A stretch of DNA of 64,000 nucleotides from Octopus vulgaris (Eukaryota). The notes beneath the pieces were generated by a model that worked only from the letters and a program-made list of their open reading frames with translations, was not told the DNA's origin and did no database searches. This document shows, in pieces, positions 36,809 to 50,789 of this stretch. Location of the stretch: NCBI GenBank assembly GCA_951406725.2, contig OX597820.1:116746001-116810000 (forward strand), read 5' to 3'. Within the stretch, counting starts at the first letter, position 1; each line of letters opens with the position of its first letter. Position numbers and translations under genes: made by a program.

Positions 36809-37670
36809 ATTCTCTCAAATTTATTTTCTCAGTTAATTTTCTTGGGATGGTTGTTTCATTTTCAACTATTATCCTAGTACAGTATAGCCTAGTACAGTAT
36901 AGCCTAGTACAGTATAGCCTAGTACAGTATAGCCTAGTACAGTTATAGTCTGTTAAATGGTTTGAACATTTGTTTTACAATGATGAGGTTTCAAATTCAC
37001 TGCCACTGCATAGTACTTTGTTGTGAAGTAGAGTCTCAGGTTAACCAGAGCCTTGCGTGGGGAGGTGGTGGGCAAAGAGACTTGGCAAAAGCCCATTGGG
37101 TGGGTTGCATCTCCAATTCAAAGGGTCAGCCTTGTCATATTGTACATGTGGCACACAGATTCTGCCTGAGGAATATGATAAGGACACTAGGATATGTAGA
37201 ATACCTATTTCTTTACTACCCACAAGGGGCTACACACAGAGGGGACAAACAAGGACAAACAAATGGATTAAGTCGATTATATCGACCCCAGTGCATAACT
37301 GGTACTTATTTAATCGACCCCGAAAGGATGAAAGGCAAAGTCGACCTCGGTGGAATTTGAACTCAGAACGTAACGGCAGCCGAAATACCGTTTAGCATTT
37401 CGCCCGGCGTTCTAACGATTCTGCCAGCTCGCCGCCTTCAGTCACTTAGACTATGTGTCAATAAGTAGGTCAGGCCATTGATCAGACAACTCAAAGAACC
37501 ATCCTTGAAACCCATGATTGATCCATCAGATCTCTAAAGAATTAGATTTGAACCCTGCACTGTAATGTAATGATAACAGTTGAAAATGAAACAACCATCC
37601 CAAGAAAATTAACTGAGAAAATGAATTTGAGAGAATGATTGTGAAGGAGAACATTGATTTTTATTAGTAA

Positions 37671-38176
37671 CTAGCAGTATCGCCCGGCGTTGCTCGGGTT
37701 TGTAAGGGAAATAACTATATAAGCATTTTTAGAGAGTTACTTCCCTTATAAATTCGGGCTTTCTTAGCCATTTTTGTTTTGGTGTCTTCAAACCATGAAG
37801 TCGTTGTTCTAAAAGAACGCTGGTTTCCTTCACAACGCATTACGACGTTGATTTCTTTACACTCCCTTCCCCACAGCTTCACGAGGGAGGGAAGGGGGAG
37901 AAGCAAACAGGTGCAGCTGTGAGCGTGGACGCCAACTCCGCCGCCATCGACACACGATGCATTTTATGCATTAAAATGGAATAAAAAATGATGTTAAATT
38001 ATTTTTTAAATCGTAGACTCATCGTTGACGCGCGCTAATAGTCAGACGGGCTCGATATGAATCACGACTACAAGATACCCGAATTTGGTTAAACTGCACC
38101 GCAAAATATGGGAGGAGTTAGGAATCTAAATCGAAGGGGACAGACACTCACACAACTAGAGTTTTATATATATAGA
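37671..38176 (-). mobile_element. non-autonomous Helitron
   Basis: 5' TC(TA)n, 3' CCCGAGCAACGCCGGG hairpin + CGATACTGCTAG; A|T target; near-identical to 59924-60436(+). Confidence 0.82.
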
Positions 38177-39050
38177 TTTACTTGAAAAGCTTGTGTGGTT
38201 CACGACTGTTCCAAGAAAACTAACTCATAAACTGAAACTGAAAAAAGGATTCTGTAAGAAAATGTTGTTCTCATCTTGGTAATTTAGTTGGACAACTTAT
38301 GTTGTATGTGAATGAAAGTGATTTAGAGAGAAGGAGAGATGGGTTGAGTGAAGGAGTTTGAGTGTCTCCTGCCACAATCAGTTTTTGAGTTAGTAACAGT
38401 TTGGTTGTTGGATGTTGCAGAAAGCTCTTTTTTACCAACAAGTCTAGAAGTCTGCTTGTCAAACGACTGATATGGAACTTAATATAACTTAGTGCACAAC
38501 TGCATCCATCTTCTGTTCTTTTTCCTCCCTATCGCTCTCTCTCCCTCTCCCTCACTCTCTTTCTCCCTCTCCCTCTCTCCTCACCTCTCTCTCTCCCTAC
38601 ATCCCCTCCTTCTTCCCTACCTCTCTTTTCCTCCTCCGTCTCTCTTTCCATCCCCTCCCCTCCCCTTCCTCCCTCCTGCCCCAACCCTTTCCTCCCTCTA
38701 CCGCCCTAGCTCTATCTGACCCTTTATCTGTCCTTCAATCCCCTTTCATAAGCTGCATTTAGCTTGACTGGTTTTCAGTCAACAACTTTTGATTCTTTAG
38801 AATTTCGGTTGGCACCATTTGACAAATTTTCTCCCAACCCTCAGAGTATTTATCAGTTGCTCATTCTCATGACTCTTTTACTCCATATGAAAGATTTTGA
38901 TTTTGACAAGAACCTTCTTGGGAAATTACTATTTTTAAACCTCACAACAAGAGATATTCAGCAACAGTACTTCGTAGTAAAGATTGTTTGCCAACAGAAC
39001 ATAGCAGTCCTGGTTTATGTTGGCAAACTATCTTTACTACAAGAACCTTA

Positions 39051-39805
39051 TCATCATCATCATCATCATTGTTTAATGTCCGTTTTCCGTGCTAGCACGG
39101 GTTCGACCAGGGTCTGGGAAGCCAGGAGGCTGCACCAGGCTCCAGTCTGATCTGTCAGTGTTTCTACAAGTGGATGCCCTTCCTAACGCCAACCACTCCG
39201 TGAGTGTAGTGGGTGCTTTTTACGTGCCACACAGGTGCCAGGGGGGTCTGGCATCAGCCATGATCAGTTGGTGCTTTTTACGTGCCACCGGCACAGGTGC
39301 CAGGGGGGTCTGGCATCAGCCATGATCGGTTGGTGCTTTTTACGTGCCACCGGCACAGGTGCCAAGGGAAGCTGGCAGCAGCCATGATTGGTTGGTGCTT
39401 TTTACGTGCCACCGGCACAGGTGCCAGTGCTGGCAGCAGCCATGATTGGTTGGTGCTTTTTACGTGCCACCAGCACAGGTGCCAAGGGAAGCTGGCAGCA
39501 GCCATGATTGGTTGGTGCTTTTTACGTGCCACCGGCACAGGTGCCAGGGGAGGCTGGCAGCAGCCATGATTGGTTGGTGCTTTTTACGTGCCACCGGCAC
39601 AGGTGCCAGGGGAGGCTGGCAGCAGCCATGATTGGTTGGTGCTTTTTACGTGCCACCGGCACAGGTGCCAAGGGAAGCTGGCAGCAGCCATGATTGGTTG
39701 GTGCTTTTTACGTGCCACCGGCACAGGTGCCAGGGGAGGCTGGCAGCAGCCATGATTGATTGGTGCTTTTTACGTGCCACTGGCACAGGTATCACAACTA
39801 CAATT
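39051..39805 (-). mobile_element. family D element with an internal 62-bp tandem array (~9 units)
   Basis: Unit ggtgctttttacgtgccaccggcacaggtgccaggggaggctggcagcagccatgattggtt; ORF starts spaced 62 bp (39446, 39508, 39570, 39632). Confidence 0.85.
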
Positions 39806-39955
39806 CAGGTTCAAATTGTGACATCTTAAAACTAAATGCAACAAAATGTCTTTCAAATTTAAAAACAAATTTTTGGGTTTGGAACATTTATCAGCCTTTC
39901 TTTTTAATGTGGTTTTTTAAAACATTTATTTTTGTTTTTCTCCTTTTAATTGCAG

Positions 39956-40075
39956 AGAATAAATATACTCAGTACCGAAGAAGAAGCAGAAATAAAAGAA
40001 CTGCTTGACTATCAATCTGAGAAAATCAGAGAAAGAAATTTACTACTTTTTCCATATTTTAAAGATTATGATCGA
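39956..40075 (+). CDS. EF-hand protein coding exon 7
   Basis: ttttaattgcag| RINILSTEEEAEIKELLDYQSEKIRERNLLLFPYFKDYDR |GTGAGT. Phase 0/0. Confidence 0.9.
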
Positions 40076-40152
40076 GTGAGTGTTTATTCTCCATCATCAC
40101 AGGGAATTGTATGTTTGATGTATGTTTAACCTTGAGGCTACAATTAAACTAA

Positions 40153-40544
40153 CTAGCAGTATCGCCCAGCGTTGCTCGGGTTTGTTTCGATCCTTTAGAA
40201 TTGGAATGTTTGAAAAGTAAAAAATTTGCATTATGTAGCTTGTTATTCTCTTTAAGTGAACATCTTTCTGGTTGAAATACACCGAAAAATGGCAACACAG
40301 CAATCAAAAAATTGTAAAAAATAGGGATTTTCATAGAAAAAAAGCACCTTTTTGATGTAAATAATTTGTGGTCTTAACATGGTCCGATTTGAATTTTTTC
40401 TTCTGCAGAATGAAGAGTAAGCCTTCTTCTATCATACTCTCAATTTTGGTCAACTTGTGCCACAGGGTCTCGGAGGAGATAGTGTTTGTCGAAGGCTACC
40501 AAACCTGCCACACACAGACAAGTTGAGCTTTATATATAGAGAGA
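40153..40544 (-). mobile_element. non-autonomous Helitron, second subfamily
   Basis: Same 3' hairpin and CTAG end; body homologous to 58686-59080. Confidence 0.8.
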
Positions 40545-42404
40545 TTTGTTCTGATAGTAATATAAATTTCAAGCATTTTTAGTTATGGCTTAGTTAGATA
40601 TGGTTGGTTTAGATAGATATGGTTTAGACAGATATGGTTGGTTTAGATTCTAAAGAGTTGAGGTTTGCAGCATTGTGGGCTTCCCTGAACATACTCCAGA
40701 ACAGGACTTTCTCCATTGTTTACATTTCCTAAATTTTACTCACCAAGCATTGGTTGATCCAAGGCTATTGTAGATGACCATGATGCTCCATGATGCCACA
40801 CAGAGGAATGAAACTGAAAACTGTGTCATCTATAATACATTAAAAGTGAGCTTGAATTTTGCTTGCTTGCAATGTTACCCAGCCAAACTGGCGCATAATG
40901 GGAAAAATACTACAAATAAAGTTTCCTTTGAAATATGAATACAAATGGAATAAAACAAGTTTTATGTAAATCAGATAAGTGGTTGTTGAGACATTAGGGG
41001 TTTCCAGGGTATAGATACCCAAAATAGTGCATAATGGGAAAATATTCTGAAAATAACTTAAACCTGAAAGGGAAGAAACTCTTACCTTGTGATTAGACAC
41101 AGTGACTTGACAACAAAAAGATACCATTTGTTTTTTACAGCAAATGTTTCTATTTTCGCTTTTGTTAAACACAATATTTTAATAATTTAGACATATCTTT
41201 TAATGAATGTGATTTCAAAAATGTAAGTTATTTGTATAGTAAATATTTATATTTTAGCTTTTTTTAAACTTTTTTAAAATTGTTTTCAAGTGAATGCCAT
41301 TACAAAAATTTTTTTGGCATATTTAAAAAATAATTTAAAATGAAAATGACTTGGAAAATATGGTAAATATTTCGTAAATATTTCATAACCTCGGTGTGAA
41401 ATAATTTTTTCCATAGGTCTTTTTTAGTGCATTCAACACCTCCAGAGATTTGGCTGCTATTTCTAGCATGCTCTGCTACCATGTAATAGCTATTTGTGAT
41501 AAAGGACCCAAAATACCTGTTACGTGGTAGCAGGGCGTGCAAGAAATAGCAGCCAAATCTTTCCTTCTCTGGGGAAAGGAGCACTTTATGTGTGATTTCA
41601 ATGTCACTTTCATTGAAAGCATGCGAAATAACTTGGTATCATCAGCATTTAACGTCCAAAAAGGACTAAGTCCACTTTGCTGAGTTGTTGGTGTTAGGAA
41701 GGGCATCCAGCTGTAAAAATCCTGCCAAAACAGCCACAGAAGTCTGGTGCAGGCTTCTGCCTGGCTGGCTCCTGTCAAACCACCCATAGCAGCATAGAAG
41801 GCAGACGTTAAACGATGATGATATCATCCTCCCCCACCACCTGAAGATGGTGAGCTGGCAGAATCTTTAGCATGTCAGGCACAATGCTTAGGGACCTTCC
41901 ACTCGTCTTTACATTCTGAGTTCAAAATTCCACTGAGGTTGACTTTGCTTTTCTCCCTTTCAAGGTTGATAAAGTAAGTACCAGCTGAGCGTTGGGGGTG
42001 GATGTAACTGACTTCACCCCTCCCCCCAAATTTCTGGGCTTATGTGCCACAATCTGAATCCATTAAATCTCATCCATCTATACACTTTGCCCACAGGTGG
42101 AAGCACACTCAAAGCTGTAAAATGTAACAAAATATCTTTCTGTTTATATAAAAGATATGATATCTTATATATAACGATATCATGATATTCCTGTTTGGGA
42201 CTATTTCACTATTTAGAGCTATTCAGACTAGGTCAACTGAGAATTAAGTGTCTTCATCATGGCCAGCATGCAGTACTAGCGAGATGGTGTCTATTGTTGA
42301 CCCCTTGATTTTCTAACAACTCTTTTATGTTGATTTCTTACAAGAAAAAAAAATGCTCAAAAGAAGGTTTGTTTGTTTCTCTCTGCTGTTTCCTCTTTCT
42401 TTAG

Positions 42405-42567
42405 GGTGTTGGATATACAAAGTCAATCACCAAGAACCAGTTTGCTCGTGTAATGCACTTTGTACAATTAGAATTAACTGACAGACAATTGAGATTGCTC
42501 GTCAAAAAATTTGGTAATGAAAATGGAGATATTAATTATCCATTATATGTTCAAACTGTGGATCCAG
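42405..42567 (+). CDS. EF-hand protein coding exon 8
   Basis: tctttctttag| GVGYTKSITKNQFARVMHFVQLELTDRQLRLLVKKFGNENGDINYPLYVQTVDP |GTAGGT. Phase 0/1. Confidence 0.9.
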
Positions 42568-43704
42568 GTAGGTTATTGATTCTAATTTGAATTTCTATAT
42601 TTTTCTTAAGTTTCTGGACTCAGTTTCCCAGTTTCCATGATGTATAACCGACTGAGATCCCTTTCCTTCCCTGAACAGACACTGGCCAATAACAGGGTCC
42701 AAGGCTAGCAATTTTTGAAAAGAGTTGATCACGTAGACCCTTTTACCTTGCTTGGAAACAGGTGAGAATTGATGATAGGAAGAGCCTCCTGTTGTCTAAA
42801 ACAAACATTTTCTGCCTCAAGTCCTGTGTTACTCATGCAAATCATACAAGGTGGAAATTAAAATGATGTACATATACATAAAAGTGCCTATGCAGTGCCA
42901 CATAAAAGCACCCATAGAGTGCCATGTAAAAGCACCCAGTGCCACTCTGTAAAGTGGTTGGTGTTAGGAAGGGCATCCAGCTGTAGAAAACCATGCCAAA
43001 TCAGAGTGGAGTCTGGTGCAGCCTCCCAGCTTACCAACCTTGGTCAAACCGTCCAATCCATGCCAGCGGGGACAACGGACATTCTTTTATTGTTTTTGTT
43101 TCAATTATTTGACTGTGGCCATGCTGGAGCACCACGTTTAGTTGTGCAAATTGACTCCAGAATTTATTCTTTGTAAGCCTAGTACTTATTCTATCGGTCT
43201 CTTTTGCCAAACCACTAAGTTATGAAGACATAAACACACCAGCATCAGTTGTCAAGCAATGTGCGATGTTGAGGGAACAAACACAGACACACAAACATAC
43301 ACATGCATATATATATATATATATATGATGGGCTTCTTTCAGTTTCCGTTTACCAAATCCACTCACAAGGCTTTGGTCGGTCCGAGACTATAGAAGAAGA
43401 CATTTGCCCAAGATGCCACACAGTAGGACTGAACCTGGAACCATTGTTGTTGGTAAGCAAGCTACTTACCACACAGCCACTCCTGAAGGTTTGCAAATCC
43501 ACTGGAAGCCTCAAAAGACATGTTAAGATCCACAAAGAGCAGAACTTATCTGCAGGTATTGGTGGTCCAAACCAGAGGTACAATCTTATGTAGGTGTCTT
43601 TTCAGAACATTGTCTGGTTTAAAAAGCCACATCAGATACCACGATGGTGCTAAAGTGTAGGCACAGGAGGTGGTCAAACTCTGTATAAGGAGTAGACAAC
43701 CACC

Positions 43705-43737
<33 letters not shown>

Positions 43738-46391
43738 TGTATGTATGTATGTATGTATGTATGTATGTATGTGTGTATGTATGCATGTATGGATGGATGT
43801 ATGTGTGTGTGTATGTATGTATGTATGTATGTATGAATTATGTATGTATGTATGTATGTATGGATGGATGGATGTATGTATGTATGGATGTATGAATGTA
43901 TGTGTGTATGTATGTATGAATGTATGTATGTATGTATATATGTATGGACGTATGTATGTATGTATGTATGGATGTATGTGTATGTATGTATGTATGGATG
44001 GATGTATGTGTGTGTGTATGTATGTATGTATGTATGGATGGATGGATGGATGTGTGTGTGTGTATGTATGTATGTATGTCTCCACTATTCTAGGGAGACT
44101 CATAGGGTTAGGGTTGTTGGGAAGGTCCTAGAGTCCCCAGGCATCTTTTCTATAGGGTCCTGTCATTACAGCTTCCAGCTGGATTCCCAAGCATGACCCA
44201 ACTGACACAAATGAATAATATCCAAACATCTTGTTCTTGGTCTGCTCTTAGGTCTTCTGTCTGTTGAATTCTAGACATCATTTAAATGCTGAAGGAACTT
44301 CTGAAACAATGTGTCAGAGTGTGTGTGTGTGTGTGTGTAGTCAAACCCATGCATGTATGGAACAACAGACAGACTATAATAATGATACAACAATGATGCT
44401 GTCGTTGAATGATTACCTGTCAGTATTCCAATCAGTTAAGATCAAAAGCCATGAGAGCCACTGCCTGGTATTGCATCGTCGTTGTCGTCGGCGTCATTGT
44501 TGTTCTCTCTCTGATTAGTTCTCTCCTCCAGAATTTCAGGCCTTAGGAGGAATTACAACCGTGTTTCGTGGTCTGCTACCACAACAGCTCCTTTATAGGA
44601 TCCAGTTAGCTCAAGACATCATCAGGAAGAACCACGTCCGGTTTCAGCCCCTACTCCTCTACCGTTTTGATGTGCCCCCCCCCCCCCTTTCAGAGGTGTC
44701 TTCAGCTCTGATGTTGGGTACATGTCTTCTTTCTTCTGTTCCCTGGCCTCTTCGATGTATCGTCAGCGAGTGTCAGCCAGTGACTGACTGACTTGTCAAA
44801 TTTTTCCCTCTAAATACCTGCCGCTAGGCTCCAGCAGGCAGCCCCAGCAAGTTGTCACATGACACTATCTCACCTTATCTAACTAGTGAAGGCGTGTAGT
44901 TTTAGCCCGCACATTTTCTAAATGACCATCACCTGTCAGTCAGCGAAGCTGATTCAGTGTCAGCTTGTCTCACCTAATGATGTTATTTCCCGCCGGCATG
45001 TTAGGATTGATATTATTATAATTATTATTAGTTGATGGAAACGATTGTTACTTTTCCATTAAGTTTTGGTAGTTATTCAATGACAGTATCCAATCGGTTA
45101 AGTATCAATACCCATCTACCAACATGGCTCAAAAAGATTGGTACAAAAATCAACATTGCTTGGAACTGCAAGAGTTCTTCACAGGGTTCTTGAAGCATGA
45201 CCAGTAAAGAAATGTCACCATAGTTTGCTGGCTGTGAACAGCTGACACTTTCCATCATATCTAGCAAAATAAGCTGAGAATTTCCATCAACTAATAATAA
45301 TTATAATAATATTAAGCCTTTCTACTACAGGTTCAATGCCTGAAATTCTGGAGGAGAGAACTAATCAATTATATTGACCCCCAGGAAGCATGAAAGACAA
45401 AGTTGACCTTGGCCATATTTGATCTCAGAATACACAAAGCTGGAAGAACTGCTGCTAAGCATAATAATGATAATTATAATAATAATAATAATAATAATGC
45501 AATATCAGGCAGTGGTGGATCTCATGGCTCCTCATCTTAATTGATTGGAAGTGTTATCATGTACATTGTTTTGTCTCGGTATAAAAGATGGGCTACAGCA
45601 AATATTCTGCTCAATACCACAGATTTGCTTGTCAGTTGTTTGACCTAAACCAGTTGACCATGTCCCTTAGTGGCTGACGATGTGTGCATCTCTGATCCCG
45701 AGCAGAAGTAATGGGGGAGCATCATAGCCATATGTTGAGAGGAATCCTTAGGGGTTTGGATAATTCACCTCTGAAAACATGGGTGTTTCGTTCAACATCC
45801 TTAAACAACCCTTATTCAGGGACCTTTTGAGCGGGATGGGCTACATAACCAGAAGAAAATTCTAACTGGGCCCCACCTGCAAGGTCATGTGCTGTTTATC
45901 TTGATACATATGGCTGTGATGCATGTACTCAACTGATCCTTATTTTATCGACCCCAAAAGGATGAAAGGTAAAGGTCACCTTTGGAATTTTAACTCAAAA
46001 TGTAAAGATGGATGAAAGGCGAGCTGGTAGAATCATTAGTAAGATAAAATTAGTACCAGTTATGCACTGGAGTCAATTAAATCGATTACCCCCCTCCCCC
46101 CAAATTTCAGGCTATGTGCCTGTAGCAGAAAGGATTATTAATAAGGTTGCGAGCTGGCTGAATTGTTAGCATGTTGGGTGAAATGCTTAACGGTATTTCA
46201 TCTGTCTTTATGTTCTGAGTTCAAATTCTGCTGTGGTCGACTTTTCCTTTCATCCTTTCGGGGTCAATAAATTAAGTATTAGTGAAACTGGGGTCAGTGT
46301 AATCAACTATCCTTGTCCCCCAAAATTTCAAGCCTTGTGCCTATAGTAGAAAAGATTATTATTATTATTAGTAGTAGTAGTATTAGTAGTG

Positions 46392-46433
<42 letters not shown>

Positions 46434-46640
46434 AATACAGAAATACCAAGAGCTATGAGAAATGATAACATTGATGTTGGTGTTTTTGCAAAACAAGATA
46501 AAAAGAAATATAAACACAATATTACCATAAATTTGCATATCTAACCATTTATCCTTTGAATAAAATTTTACTCATTCACTTTCCAAAATGTAAACCTACA
46601 AGTTCAGTCCTAAACTATTTGGTTTTTGTAATATTTTCAG

Positions 46641-46780
46641 ATTTCAAAGCCCACTTTATTGGAGATGTCATTCTTCCAGATCAAGCCAAAGTGGAGGTGA
46701 AAAAGGCCGAAAGATCCAATTTAACTTTTGATGAAGTGATGGCTCGCATTAGACATGTCGTTTTTGTAAACAGACTTCAG
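46641..46780 (+). CDS. EF-hand protein coding exon 9
   Basis: atattttcag| (D)FKAHFIGDVILPDQAKVEVKKAERSNLTFDEVMARIRHVVFVNRLQ |GTGAGA. Phase 1/0. Confidence 0.9.
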
Positions 46781-47654
46781 GTGAGAAACAAGAGAAGGGT
46801 TTTTTGCCTAATGATAGAAAATCTATGTTAATCATGATGGGATTTGCAGGTCCTCCCAAATTGGGGATTGATGAGTTGGGCCTCACAGAGGTAAAGTGGC
46901 TGAGTTTCTCTTGAGTGTTGGGCCTCATGGAGGCAATGACCAAGACCTTTGGCATTATGTTGTGCTTGAGAAGAAGACCCATCAAGCTAAGCAAAATTGC
47001 AGTTGTGGCAGATACTGGTGTCATGTAAATTGCACCTGTGCCAGTGGTACGTAAAAGCATCTATTACACTCGCAGAGTGGTTGGTGTTAGGAAGGGCATC
47101 CAGATGTAGAAGGCCATACCAAATCATACTCGAGTCTGGTGCAGCCTTCCAGTTTACCAGCCTTGGTCAAACTGTCCAACCCATGCCAGCATGGACAATG
47201 GACGTTAAATGATGATGATGATGATGATGATGCAGCAGTTGATGTGCATTTGACCCATCTGTAGATCAATCTCTAATGAAGTTAGGGCATTCGGCTCATG
47301 ACCATGGGGTCAAGAGTTCAATTGCTGGTGTTGTGTCCTTGAGCAAGACACTTTATTTCACATGGCTCCAGTCCACTCAGCTGGCAAAAAGGAGTTGTAC
47401 CTGTAATACAAAAGGGACCAGAACTACATTAAGGGTACATGTGTCTGTGGAATACTCAGCCATTTGCACGTTAATTTCTTGAGCAGACTGTTCTGTTGAT
47501 CAGATCAACTGGATCCCTTGTCGTCGTAACAATTCAGTGCCAGGCCAATCCCTATAATAAAAAGTAGATGGGGTGGGAATTGCAGAGGGTTGCAGTTTAC
47601 CATTCCGTGACTTGCTATTTTCCGTGACCAAAGTATAAAATAATGTATATTTAG

Positions 47655-47865
47655 GTTGGTCAGAATTTTGAAGATTACGATCCTCTTAAGTCTGGTTCAA
47701 TTACCAAAGCTCAGTTTCGACGTGGTTTGTCATCTCTTGGATTCAGTAAGATAGGTTTCCACGACATGACCAATGACCAGTTTGACTTGCTCTGTGATCA
47801 CTACCAAGACCCTCATCATAAGGACAAAATTATTTGGACAAATTTCAACAATGATATCAACCTAG
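47655..47865 (+). CDS. EF-hand protein coding exon 10
   Basis: tatatttag| VGQNFEDYDPLKSGSITKAQFRRGLSSLGFSKIGFHDMTNDQFDLLCDHYQDPHHKDKIIWTNFNNDINL |GTAAGT. Phase 0/1. Confidence 0.92.
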
Positions 47866-48652
47866 GTAAGTAATTTTCCTAATTCCAGTTTAATTCGTTT
47901 TTCTTTTCTTTTTTTTCTTGCTTCAGTCATTGGACTGCAGCCCATGCTGGAGCATTGCCTTGAGTAGTTTGCTCAAACAAATTGACCTTAATACTTATTT
48001 TTAAAGTCTGGTACTTATTTATTGATCTTTTATACTAAGCTGCTGAGTTATGGAGATGTAAATAAACCAACACTGGTTTCAAGCAGTATGAGGGGGACAA
48101 ACATAAACACAAAGACACACATATAGTAGGCTTCCTCACAGTTTCCATTTGCCAAACTCACTCACAAGGCTTTGGTTAGCCTAGATCTATTATAGCAGAC
48201 ACTTACCCCAGATATCACACTGGGATTGAACCCAAAGCCACATGCTTGCCAAGCAAGTCTCTTAACCCCTCAGCTACACCCCTGTCTGACTTTTTGTTAT
48301 TTTAATATGTCTTCAACTTGTTTATTCTTTTATATTTGGGTTCTGTTTACTTTTTTTTTTTTTGTTATATACTAGAATTGCTTAGGTGTGTGAACCCCAT
48401 GGTGATGAGTTCAAACCTTGCTGTAAACAATGTCTTTTGCCTGGGAAAATAACCCTGTTTTGCCCCATTATTTATTCTGGGTCACAGTTTTAATTGGTTA
48501 GTGATAGGAAAGGCTGGTAGTTCTAAAAACATTAGCCTCATCAGTATGCCGTTATGCAAATTCATGGAAAGTATTTCACCTCATCTCCATACTTGTATGG
48601 AGAATCAATTTGAAGCAACAATAACAATGATGATGATGATGATGATGATGAT

Positions 48653-49214
48653 GAATACAGTACCTGATGCAGTACCAGGCAGTGGCTCTCATAGCTTCTC
48701 ATCTTTAGTGATTGGAAGTGTTATCAAGTACATTGTTTTGTCTTGGTATAAAAGATGGGCTACAGCAAATATTCTGCTCAATACCACAGATTTGCTTGTC
48801 AGTTGTTTGATCTTAACCTGTTAACCATGTCCCTTAGTGGCTGACGATATGTGCATCTCTGATCATGAGCAGAAGTAGTGGGGGACCATCATAGCCATGT
48901 GTTGAGAGGAATTCTTTGGGGTTTGGATAATTCACCCCTGGAAATATAGGTGTTTCGTTCAACATCCTTAAACAACCCTTATTCAGGGACCTTTTGAGCG
49001 GGATGGGCTACTCGACCAGAAGAAAAATTTAACTGGCCCCATCTACAAGGTCATATGCTGTTTATCTTGATATGAGATCACCATGTCGTGCACATATGGT
49101 TGTGAAACATGTGCCTGGTGTACCCTTATTAGATGGTTAGTTGTGATGGGTATATTGGACTTTGTATATTTGTATCTCAGTGTCATTTTGATGGTATGCA
49201 TTGCTCTCTCACTC
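48653..49214 (+). mobile_element. family E element
   Basis: Homologous to 665-1170; followed by (TAA)n. Confidence 0.7.
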
Positions 49215-49265
<51 letters not shown>

Positions 49266-49270
<5 letters not shown>

Positions 49271-49634
49271 GAGCACTCAGAGAGTGCAAACCTCTGCTAA
49301 GGTAATACCAATCCTCTCAACGATTCGCTAGAGATGATTTTTAAAATGCGAATATCTGAAATAAACCCAACTGCTTTCACAAACGAGAATACTAAAAATG
49401 AACCCGACCACTCTCAAAAATTAAGTTAAAAAAACTGGAAAAATAATCAAGAATCTTTGTCCAGTTCTGGATCAATCCCAAAATCTAATCAGTTCGTGCC
49501 AGTCATGAGGCCAAAGATCCCTGAAAGTTTCATCCGAATCCATCCAGCAGTTCTTGAGATATTTTGTCCATGGTCAAATAAACAAACAAACACAACTGAA
49601 AAACAATACCTCTGCCTTTACTAAGGCAGAGGTA
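49266..49634 (+). mobile_element. Helentron/DINE-1-like non-autonomous element
   Basis: 5' aacaagag...acctctgc subterminal repeat, inverted against the 3' stem-loop tacctctgcctttactaaggcagaggta. Confidence 0.55.
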
Positions 49635-49782
49635 ATAGTAATAATAACAACCAAAGGTGTCTGGGTTCAATCTGAGCTGATGTGGCATTAAACAACTTCT
49701 TCCACCCAACTGTTTTCATTTAGCCAAGATCATTTCCATTATTCCTGTTTCTTTTAATAGAAAAATTGATATTTCTTTGCAG

Positions 49783-49987
49783 TGTTTACCAAGTCCAACT
49801 TAGAGAAAACTCCAATGGAAGAAATACCACCTTCTGAAGTGTATCTCATCCCCAAGTCAGGCACTGCTGACTGGAGCAAAGCATCAGATGAGCAAAAAGC
49901 AGTGTTTGAAGCTGGAATGAAGAAGTTAAGAAAATGTGTAAAAGAAAAACGGATGCTTATTGAACCTTGCTTTCGGGATTTTGATCA
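49783..49987 (+). CDS. EF-hand protein coding exon 11
   Basis: ttctttgcag| (V)FTKSNLEKTPMEEIPP...KKLRKCVKEKRMLIEPCFRDFD, then CA|GTAAGT. Phase 1/2. Confidence 0.92.
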
Positions 49988-50789
49988 GTAAGTTCTCAAT
50001 ATTTTCTCTTATATTCTTCACATGCTTTATCACCTAAATCGATATATCAATACATGTATGCTTGCACAGCGATATAGTTTTCAGTAAGTTACAAATATTT
50101 CATTCATATATATTTCTTTACTACCCACAAGGGGCTAAACATAGAGGGGACAAACAAGGACAGACAAAGGGATTAAGTCGATTACATCGACCCCAGTGCG
50201 AAATTGGTACTTTATTTATCGACCCCGAAAGGATGAAAGACAAAGTCGACCTCGGCGGAATTTGAACTCACAACGTAACGACAGGCGAAATACTGCTAAG
50301 CATTTTGCCCGGTGCGCTAACGTTTCTGCTATCTCGCCGCCTTTCATTCATATAACTGACATGCTTACGTTACCCGAGTGTCAAGCATGGCCTCGGAATG
50401 TTGGGCCTCACAAAGGCAATGACAAACGACCGAGACCTTTGGAGATATGTTGTGATTGAGAAGACCCGGCAAGTAAAGTGAGATCACAGCCTATACCAGT
50501 GTTGTATAACCAGCCCATTTAAAAAGTACCTTTCAATCGTTGGGTGACACACCATGCTTGAGGAGACCTGTTGAGTCAAGTAAAATCAAAAATCAAATCA
50601 CAATCAAAAATGGAAATTGTAGTTGTGGCTGATGCTCATGCCACCTGACTGGCTCTCGTCCTGGTGGCACATAATAAGCACCATTCATGCATAGGTTGTT
50701 GCTAGTGCCAGTAGCACGTAAAAAGCACAATCTGAACACGATCGATGCCAGCATGGAAAGTGGACATTAAATGATGATGATGATGATGA

